The translations under genes and the position numbers were made by a program. Source: Callorhinchus milii (lineage: Eukaryota). Taken from it: a DNA stretch of 64,000 nt. This document shows, in pieces, positions 12,801 to 23,000 of this stretch (position 1 is its first letter; every line of letters starts with the position of its first letter). Where the stretch lies: positions 88,848,001 to 88,912,000 of the forward strand of contig NW_024704743.1 in the NCBI RefSeq assembly GCF_018977255.1, in the 5' to 3' direction. The notes beneath the pieces were generated by a model, which was not told the origin of the DNA, did no database searches, and worked only from the letters and a program-made list of their open reading frames with translations.

Positions 12801-15231
12801 TACTTGGCAAGAAGCCCATTTTTCTTGGCTTGTTTAAAGAAGTTTGCTTTCCACATCTTAATTAATGATAATGAACCTTACTGCAAGGCAATACAGACAA
12901 TAATATATTTTACTTACAAAGATTTTAAAATTGGAATCTGTTATAAAAGAAGCAAACAAAGAGTATTTAACAAGTAGAAGAGAACAAATGTTTGTCAACA
13001 TTAATTTATGAAAGTCAGATTATGTCTAATACAATATAATGTTATATAGTGTTCTATATGTACGATACTCTTTGAGATTTTGAAGACTTTTTCAGGATAG
13101 ACTTAATGTTTTAAAGTGCTTGACCAAAGAACAATACTTTCTGATCAGTCAGTCAGACCTTTTTCTTTCAATTACTTCGGAATATTTTATCATTCTCCAT
13201 GACACTATGTCACTCTGCATAATCTTTCATTGTCTTAAGATCATGCTACAACGGACCAATTTTAGACACTTCATGCCATGAGATTAGATAAATTAACATA
13301 ATTTTGAACTTGATTTTTATATTAATTTATTTCTTTACAGTAATTACTGTTAAGTGCAGTGACAGTTCTATGTTTGCATATTTGACAACAATTTGGTGAC
13401 AGTAACACTCCACCAACAACCATGAGATTAAACATTCATTTTATATTATGAATTATTGGGCATAACAGTGGATTGAAATAAACAGATCAGACAACAATTG
13501 CATAATATGTTTGAAAATATATATATATATACTTAAAGTTCCCTTTCCCTGCTCGCTCAATACCTCCCCCACTATGTATATTTGTGAAGCATTCTGAGAC
13601 TTTATGCCACATGAAGGTTGCCATATGTTATACCTTAGTTATTATTGTTTTAAAGACACAAAGCATAAGATTTTGTCCAACATTTAAATTATGGATTACC
13701 TCTATATTCTTAAATGATGATATACACCAGAGAACTCATACCTATTGACTGTATGAAAAAACATTCATTACTTTCTGCTAACAGTCTTCTAAATTATTAG
13801 CAACAGATCATTGCTAATAATTATTTTATATTATTTGATGGATGGCGATATTGTTAAGCATAACACTTTTTTCCTTTTGCACTTTTAAAACTGTTACAAT
13901 AATTCACTGATGTGTGAGTTTCACTTTCGTTTGTAGAAGAATAGTTTTAAATGACTTGGGCATCTCATTAGACTTGATGGAGAGTCTCTGTTGTACAACG
14001 TAATGCTCGTGCCTTGGGCAAAGCAAAATTGTAGACGGTGGTTTTAAAATTTTCGTATTAAAAATAAATACTCACTGATTTATTGAACCTCCCACTCTTT
14101 CCAACTTGTAGAAAACAAGTTTAATGTGCTTTTGCCATCAGTGAGTTGGCTTCCCATAACAAGTAAATTCCAATACAATCCAAACAAAGCTGTGCCTCAG
14201 TGGTAAAGCTATCCTTCATAACAACAGTTGTGATGAAGAAATTGTACTCATTTTTTGAACTGGATTTAAGGCTATTTGATACATTCATGATGTTACTTGG
14301 CTTTATACATTTTTAAACTAAAAAGGGAAACTAGATTGATTGACAACAGCATAAATTACTGTAAAATGTTCATTGCAAAATCCCAATGAAGGCAAGTATC
14401 ATATCCATTATCCCCAGATAATTATTTGGGGAGGATAGATACTTATTTGGGGAGGACAAGTTTGCAGGGCTATGGGGAGAGAGTGTGAGTGATTTGGATA
14501 GCTCTTTTCAAAGAGCCGGCACAGACACGATGGGCCGAATGGCCTCCTTCCATGCTGTGTAATTCTATGATTCTATTCTTAAGACATTCACATTTGAAAT
14601 GTCTTTGTGTACTATGACTAGTGGATGTCTATCCATTGTTCATTAAACATTGTATTGAAGGTAAATACTACATACTGCTGAGTTAGATATTTGTACCTGA
14701 CAAAAGTTTAAAGTAAGATTTAAGTGGTACAGATTCAGACTCAATATGTATAAGTATACATTTAGTTCAGAATTATCTGTTGGCTGCAATTTATGTTCTT
14801 AGTCATAAGACAAGTTAATNAAAAATGCTATTTTTTGAAAACTAGGTAAGACTTACTGAATGAGATTGTGGGAGCAGCATCTTTGGTCTGTTCGTCTATG
14901 TGTTCATTGGCTAATCAGCATCCCAAATAAGTGTGCAGGGGCCTGTGTGATGTTCATGGATAAAGATAGAAGACAGTGGCTGGAGAATGAAATGTTTACA
15001 CTGAAAAATAACTTGCCTTTAATGAAGTGTCTGATCTAAAACATTCTATCATTATAAATACAACAACAACAATTTGAATTTTTTTCACATTTATATTGGA
15101 AGAAAGCCTTCACAATTTGAGATCAGATAAATTTGCCATAAGCATCTCTCCACTGGAACATATAATTGAAGGTTTCTTACTGAGATACTTAGACATCCCC
15201 AGGATGTACGTATAAACACAATTAACTTGAT

Positions 15232-15551
15232 TAATAATAATAATCCTTGCATTTGATATAGCGCTTTTCACGTCGGGAGGATGTCCCAAAGCGCTTCACA
15301 GAACACACTGTAAAATGAATTGACTGTATATTTGTGGGCGAACGCGGCAGCCAATTGCGCACAGCAATGTCCCGCAAACAGTCGTAGATTGAAAATGACC
15401 AACTTATTATTGTGTTTGGTTTTTGGAGGGATTATTATTAGGCTCTGTGTGGAGTAAGGAAACTTGCCCAAGGTTTCGCCCTCTACCTGGAATTGAACTC
15501 AGGTCTCTCGCTTGCAAAGCGAGTGCTCTAACCACTGAGCTACAGGACTCC
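15232..15551 (-). mobile_element. tRNA-derived SINE, full length
   Basis: Head ggagtcctgTAGCTCAGTGGttagagc (A box) ... GAGTTCAATTCC (B box), Deu-like body gctgtgcgcaattggctgccgcgtt, L2-like tail ending (ATT)n. Confidence 0.9.
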
Positions 15552-16286
15552 ACTGTAAAGTGAATTGACTGTATATTTGTGGGTGAAATTTTAATATAGT
15601 GGCTATACCATTTATTAATATTTCAAAATTAGAGATCAAACCCTTCATTTTTCATATCTAGTAAAGGGTTCAAATAGTGTTTCTAGCCTCCTTCCCCTCT
15701 GTATATTTATGGCAGTCAATGAGTCAAAAAGACTTTGCTCTTCTAGACATTATACTGCAGGCAACAAAATATGTGCATCTCTGACTGCTGTGAACACTGT
15801 GCATACATTTTCGCCTCTGAGCCAGAAGATTATGGATTCAAATTCCAAACCAGGATTTGGACTCGTAGTCTGGACTGATACTCCAATGCAGTGCTGGGGG
15901 AGTACTGCATTGTCAGAGTGGCTGTTCTTCTGGTGATATGCTAAATCGTTGGGTGAAACCATAAGCAAGTTTCTTTACTACTACTCTGTTTACATGACTG
16001 TTTTCCATGACCGTTTGTGGGACACTGCTGTGAGCAATTGGCTGCCTGACGCGAAAGGCGCCACACCGAGAAAGGAAAAGATTATTACTACTAGTATTAT
16101 TGACATGCAATAGGATGCAACTATTGGTCTAAAATGAGACTGCAAGGATTTGCCTCTGCGCCATCCATTGCCGATGACGGGATTCTCCGCCGCAGCACAA
16201 GGAGCAGATAAAGTAACGAGATCGCAGGTTGAATCCGGTTGCGGTGCGATGGCTCGGCTTTCCCCGTGCCCGCATCTGCCCATCTC

Positions 16287-16735
16287 CCCAGCCCAGCCCT
16301 GCCCAGCCTAGCCCTGCCAGCCCTGCCCAGCCCTGCCCAGCCCAGCCCTGCCCAGCCCTGCCCAGCCTAGCCCTGCCCAGCCTAGCCCTGCCCAGCCCTG
16401 CCAGCCCTGCCCAGCCCTGCCCAGCCCAGCCCTGCCCAGCCCTGCCCAGCCTAGCCCTGCCCAGCCCTGCCCAGCCTAGCCCTGCCAGCCCTGCCCAGCC
16501 CAGCCCTGCCAGCCCAGCCTAGCCCTGCCAGCCCTGCCCAGCCCTGCCAGCCCAGCCCTGCCCAGCCTAGCCCTGCCAGCCCTGCCCAGCCCTGCCAGCC
16601 CTGCCCAGCCCAGCCCAGCCCTGCCAGCCCAGCCCTGCCAGCCCTGCCAGCCCTGCCAGCCCTGCCAGCCCTGCCCAGCCCAGCCCAGCTCTGCCCAGCC
16701 CAGCCCTGCCAGCCCAGCCCTGCCAGCCCAGCCCC
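16287..16735. repeat. (CCCAG/CCCTG/CCAG)n pentamer-type satellite upstream of CALB1
   Basis: About 450 bp of cccagccctgcccagcctag-type units. Confidence 0.95.
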
Positions 16736-16916
16736 TCCCTCTCACCTGCAGCAGATGCCCAGAGCCAGGCGGCGGCGCGTGCGTAGTGGGCGGCGAGCGG
16801 CATTTATGTGTGGTGCGCGCTGCCAGGGGAGCGCAGAGTGAAGCTGACAGGCACAGAGCGAGCGGGCAGCCCACCCCCACCCCACCCCAACCCCACAGCT
16901 CCACACAGGGCAGCCA

Positions 16917-16945
16917 GGCACGGCACGGCACGGCACGGCACGGCA
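16917..16945. repeat. (GGCAC)n in the presumed CALB1 5' UTR
   Basis: ggcacggcacggcacggcacggcacggca just before the ATG. Confidence 0.9.
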
Positions 16946-16962
16946 ACCCACACCGGCAAACC

Positions 16963-17050
16963 ATGGCAGACACGCACAGCCTTCACCTGAGAGCCATCGA
17001 AAACTCCACCACGCAGTTTTTGGAAATTTGGCACCATTACGACAACGCTG
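16963..17050 (+). CDS. CALB1: CALB1 exon 1 (coding part)
   Basis: Kozak-like aaaccATGg; [29 protein letters not shown](G); donor G|gtaact. Confidence 0.92.
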
Positions 17051-20000
17051 GTAACTGTTTTTCTTATTGCCCCCCACTCCACCCTCCCCACCTCTCCTCA
17101 CCTCCTCTCCCCTCCTCACCGCTCCTCTCCCCTCCCCACCGCCCCTCTCCCCTCCTCTCCCCTCCCCACCTCTCCTCACCTCCTCACCTCCTCTCCCCTC
17201 CTCACCGCTCCTCACCTCTCCTCACCTCCTCACCTCCTCTCCTCACCTCCTCACCGCTCCTCACCTCCCCTCTCCCCTCCTCACCTCTTCTCCCCTCCTC
17301 ACCGCCCCTCTCCCCTCCTCACCTCTCCTCCCCTCCTCACCGCCCCTCTCCCCTCCACACCGCCCCTCTCCCCTCCTCACCGCCCCTCTCCCCTCCCCAC
17401 CGCCCCTCTCCCCCCCTCACCGCTCCTCTCCCCTCCCCACCGCCCCTCTCCCCCCCTCTCCCCTCCTCACCGCTCCTCTCCCCCCAACCTGTTCGCTGTG
17501 TGTAAACCTTTGCCTGTTGCCTGACGCTCGATATCTCTTTCGTTTCGCACGACGTGGGGCTGCGACGCGCCGATGGGGTTTGTTCTGTGTGTTGGGGGCT
17601 GTGAAGCTGCGCTGTGAGGGGGTGTTGGGCGACCAGGACCAGAGGGCGGCGGGTGGGTCATCTCTCTCTCTCACACACACACACACACGGGCGGGGAGTC
17701 GGTCCAGAAAGCCGGAGCCCTAACCTGTCGGCGACAAGGTGTTCCTTTCCAACTGTACATCACCCCACACCCCCCACACCCCCCCCCCACACCCCCCACC
17801 GAAGTAACAAAAAATGTTGCCCTTCAATTTCAGGTCGCGGATATATCGAAGGGAGAGAGCTGCAGAGTTTCATTCGCGAACTTCAGCAAGCTCGGAAAGC
17901 CACCGGCTCGGTGAGTTACACTAACTTACTGACAGCTCCGGGTCAGTGTGCAGCGAGGTGTGTGTCTGTGTGTGTGTGCGTGTGTGTATATGTGTGTGTA
18001 TATGTGTCTGTGTGTGTATGGTATGTGTGTGTGTCTGTGTGTGTATGGTATGTGTGTGTGTATGTGTGTGTGTGTATGGTATATGTGTGTGTGTGTGTGG
18101 TATATGTGTGTGTGTGTGTGTGTGTGTATATGGTACAATGTGTGTGTGTATTTGTGTCTGTGTATATGCAGAATTAAAATCAGCAAAGGCTATCGCATCC
18201 CGACGATGCTGTTGATGTATGAGGACTGACTGTGGGATACCCCTCAGCTTCCCCGGTCCCGGAGACTGTGTTTTTTTCACTGGACGCGAACCCCCAGAAC
18301 AGCTCCATCTGTATCTGTCAGTCTCCCAAAGGCGCGGCGGGTAGAGAGCATTGCAACTCTCTCTGATAATTGCTTTGGGAGACAGCGCTTTTCCTTATGT
18401 CTTCATTCCCTGGAAGCCTTTTATATATATATATATATATACTTTAAAATACCGGCTTCCTTTCCGCTGGGCTCCGGGGCAGTCAGTCCAGGAGAGCGCG
18501 CACTGAACACACCCGGAGGCGCTGCGCCTCTTTAACCCGTCTCAGTTAACTGGGCGTGAAATCTGCTCCAGTTCGGAGCAAAAGTCACCGACTAAACCTT
18601 TCTCTCCCCCCCCCCCCCCCCACCACCCCCGGAGCGATTTATTTCACACCCAGTGTCCGCGCAGCTGAATCACTCTTAATGCTGACACGATGTTTCCGAG
18701 GCTGAAGTCGGCACTGACACTCGGAGGGAACAGTCACCTGTAGAACATACATCGGAACCCATACACACTCGATGGATAAAATAGATCAACATCCACTCGA
18801 TAGGATGATGGTCAGGTGCAGCTGTGTGTGCGGGTGTGTGTGTGTGTGTGTGGGTGTGTGTGTGGGGGTGTGTGTGTGTGTGGGTGTGTGTGGGTGTGTG
18901 TGTGTGTGTGGGTGTGTGTGGGGGTGTGGGGGGGGGTGTGGGTGGGTGTGTGGGTGTGTGTGTGTGTGTGTGGGTGTGTGTGGGTGGGTGTGTGTGGGGG
19001 TGGGTGTGTGGGTGTGTGTGTGTGTGGGTGTGTGTGTGTGGGTGTGTGTGGGTGGGTGTGTGTGGGTGGGTGGGGGTGTGTGTGTGTGGGTGGGTGGGTG
19101 GGGGGGGCTGTGCTTACCCGATGAGTTGCTGGTTTTCACGCCCGGGGGGAATCGCTGCGCTTTTCATGTCGGTCAGTGGTTGTGTTCAACAGTTACAAAC
19201 CAAACCTGGCGAGTTTCAGCAAGAAGGTAAAGTTAGGGACAGTGTGAGGGAGCTCCAGCTGTACACACTGTCAGGTTACACCGAGCCACGGCAGGCGAGA
19301 TCCGATACTTTACCCACCAATGTTAATGTGTTGGAGGTTTCGTAATCCGAGCGATCTTACCCCCCCACACACACACACCAGCGAACTTGTTCCCTTACCA
19401 AAGAGTGACAATTAAACTAGAGGACTGGAGAGAGCAAAGCACAGGAGCCATGCTTGAGACATGAGACAGACACCGGGGAAATACAGCAAAATAAATATCA
19501 GTGCACTTAAAAGATCGTTGCACTTGTCCAGTCAAGTAATATGTCTGTGGATCATCCAACAAACGTCAACAGATCGGTATCACCAGCAAAACTGTAGCCA
19601 CCAGTATAGCAAACAAACAGGAGGCTTAGTGCACCACTGTTTCCTTGACTACAGATGTGTTTTCAATGAAAGCGACAGGAATAAAAAGGCTGTGGGTTGT
19701 ATGTAGGCTGTCATTGCCACGATGTTCTGTGTGGAGTTTCAGATTCTGCCCTGATGTGTCATATATTTTCCCTCCCCACTTGGGCTTGAAGGAGAAGGTC
19801 TCTCGCTGCTCAGCTCAAATCACACTGTGCTTGGCAGCATCACTCTTTGGTTGGGTTCTTTTAAAAATCCTGCCGATTCATTTCATTGTGAAATCTACAT
19901 GTTATGGGATGGGGAATGTCACTCCTCACACCAGGGTTACAGGTGCCCGTTGGACACGCAAAGTTCTCGATATGACAACTGACTGGAAACTAACTTCATT

Positions 20001-23000
20001 GACAAATGAGTGAAGCTGTTTCTATTAATTAATTAATTAGGATAATTGGTAGCTTCATCTAAAAAAAACTGTTGAATATATTTACACCAAAGCCTCCTGA
20101 GGTGGACTGAGTTACTAACAGATTAACTGATTCAAGCAGTTTCTGTCAATTATCTTGAGTTCTCCATTTATTTAACATCTAAGGAGAACGTTGTATAGCA
20201 ACAACAACAAATTGCCTTTCACACCAGGAGGAAGCACATTGCTGTTGTTTAACTAGGTGAAGCACTGAATTGAAGATTTGCATTCAATGTACCCACTCAT
20301 ATTTGTTAATGAAGATATAGCATTTTAGTATAGCTGTGTATTGTATATTTCGAAGAATGCAGATAAAAACAAACTAATGCGCATTATCAATTTGTAGGAA
20401 TTATCTGACGGGATGAAAGCTTTGGTGGAGAAATACGATCAGAGTGCTGATGGAAAAATAGAGATGGCAGATGTAAGCACCACCAATTTGGTTTTACTCT
20501 CATACAGATTTTTGTTGAAATGTTAATAGTAAATACATTTGGAGGATGTTTGATTTTTTTGTTCAAATAATTTGTTATAGAGTAACATTAGAAGTTGAAA
20601 CAAAACAGAAAATACTGGAAATCCACAGTAGTCTGCACCTGAAAAGGAAAAAAGCAGGTTGTCTGGAGTGTGATTCTTCATCGGAACTGCACCTCACAGC
20701 TTTTTTTTAATATATCTAGCATTAGAAGTAAACTATACAGGTCGTGACCATTTTATTATCATAACACAAAAGAGAGTTTTCTTTAGGTGTTTTTACCAAG
20801 TTGGATTGAATGTTATTAGTGCCAATTTCTGTATGAGTTACCTACATCTAAACAATGTTGGGTACAAAGCATTTACAATGATGAAGAGCAATGTTGGGTA
20901 GATATTCTTAACTCCCTATCCAACTATTGCATTTGTCATTGCATATCCCCTATTCTCGAGCTTAGATAAACATTTAAATAACAATTCTAGTCTCTTCTGA
21001 TTTCTATAATTACATTTCTATTCTCAATTTCAGGTCGTCTTGATTGCATAACTGAACTCAGTATAAATAACAATCATAGCAAACATTTTATTGACATTTT
21101 GCTGCACACTACAAGCTTTTCCAATGCTTATATATGGTTCAATTCATGGTCCATGCTGACTCTTGTAAAGTTTTAGGAGCTACAATGGTAGAAGTGCTGT
21201 TTTTCAGATGAGAAGAAAATAAAGGGAATTTCTTCCAGTGTCCTGGCCAACAAATTGCCCAAATAATATTGGTCAGTCAATAATAATAATAATAATAATA
21301 ATAATCCTTGCATTTGATATAGCGCTTTTCACGTTGGGAGGACATCCCAAAGCGCTTCACAGAACACACTGTAAAGTGAATTGACTGTATATTTGTGGGC
21401 GAACGCGGCAGCCAATTGCGCACAGCAATGTCCCACAAACAGTCGTAGATTGAAAATGACCAATTTAATTATTGTTTTTAGTTTTGGAGGGATTATTATT
21501 AGGCTCTGTGTGGAGTAAGGAAACTTGCCCAAGGTTCCGTACTGCCTGGAATTGAACTCAGGTCTCTCACTTGCAAAGCGAGTGCTCTAACCACTGAGCT
21601 ACAGGACTCCACAATTTCTGGTTGTTTGAGGAAAATCACTGTGTGTAAATTGGCTGCTATGTTCCCATACAAATAAGCTATCAACAACAACAACAACAAC
21701 AAGATTGGATTTTTTAGAGCGCTTTTCATGTCGGGAGGATGTCCCAAGGCGCTGGACAGTTGGGTCGGGACTTGAGCAGGGGGGAAATGGTCAAGGTGAG
21801 GGAAGGGAGGGAGCGAGGAGGGGGTAGAGAGTCGAGAGGGGAGCTGAAGGCATGGTTGAAGAGAAAGGTCTTGAGACCGGCCTTGAAGGAGGAAAGGGAG
21901 GAGGCGGCGAAGGCACTGGGGGATAGAGTTCCAGAGCCTCGGGGCTGAGATGCTGAAAGCCCGGCCACCGATGGTAGGACGATTAGGGCGGGGGATGTGG
22001 AGCAGACCGGGGCCAGAGGAACGGAGGGTACGGACAGGTATATGGGGGGATAGTAGGTCGGAGAGGTAGGAGGGTGCAAGGCTGTGAATGGCCTTGTAGC
22101 TGAGGATGAGGATCTTGAATTCGATCCTCTGGGGGATGGGGAGCCAGTGGAGGCGATACTGTGAAACATTTTGAGATATTTTGATTCGATAACCTTCATT
22201 TGGAAGGATTATTATGGTGGTGTTAGGTATTGGTTTATGCTTGTAATTCATTAACAACAACAACAACTTGGATTTATATAGCGCTCTCCACCCCGGATGG
22301 CGTCTCAGAGCGCTTCATAGTAACGGATCGCGGGACCGAGCCAAGGGTAATGGGGAGGAAGGCGCAGTCGAAAAGAAAAGTCTTCAGCAGGGACCTGAAA
22401 ATAGGAAGAGAGGAGGTGAGGTGAAGGGAGTGAGGAAGGGAATTCCAGAGCCTCAGGGCATAGTGGCTGAAGGCATGACCGCTGAGGATGCAGAGGAGGA
22501 CTCGGGAGACGAGGAGTAGGCCAGACCCAGAGGAATGAAGGCAACTGGTACTGTTTTGAGGAGAGAGGAGGTCAGAGAGGTAGGGGGTTGCAGATGAGTG
22601 GAGGGATTTGAATACAAAGGTGAGGATCTTGAAGTCGATCCTCTCTGGGATAGGCAGCCAGTGCAGTCTGGCAAGGACTGGGGTGATCGGGGAGTGGAGT
22701 TTGGTGCGGGTGAGAATGCGGGCGGCAGAGTTTTGAATGATCTGGATTTTATGGATGGTAATGGATGGGAGACCGACGAGGAAGGCATTAGAATAGTCCA
22801 GCCGAGATGCGACAAAGGCATTGACTAGGGTTTCAGCGGCTTTTGGAGAGAGGTATTGGTGGAGACTGGCAATGCATCAGAGGTGGAAGAAGGCGGTGCT
22901 GGTGAGGGACCAGATGAGGGGGAGAAAGGATAATTGGGGGTCGAACCTGACGCCTAGGTTGCGTACGGATTCAGAGAGTTTTAGGGGAAGGTTGGGTAGG

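Larger units (their letters stand above)
16150..18760. promoter_or_regulatory. CpG island / CALB1 promoter region
   Basis: Abrupt rise in GC and CpG content against an AT-rich, CpG-depleted background; spans exons 1-2; GC-box-like [14 protein letters not shown] 16786. Boundaries approximate. Confidence 0.75.

Noticed and set aside
7000..14400. Short ORFs in the AT-rich upstream region
   Set aside because: No recognisable domains or consistent splice structure; expected by chance.
15484..15551. tRNA-Ala-like gene (TGC loop), also near 21545-21610, 25175 and 60222
   Set aside because: These are SINE heads: the acceptor stem does not close and each continues into the same SINE body.
16287..16735. 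Immunoglobulin switch region or CRISPR-like array
   Set aside because: No Ig segments are nearby, GAGCT units are essentially absent, and there are no unique spacers; it is a simple satellite in a eukaryotic genome.
16229..19345. Long ORFs around the CALB1 5' end (Pro/Ser-, Cys/Val- and His/Thr-rich)
   Set aside because: They are translations of simple repeats; only the short exon 1 and exon 2 segments are coding.
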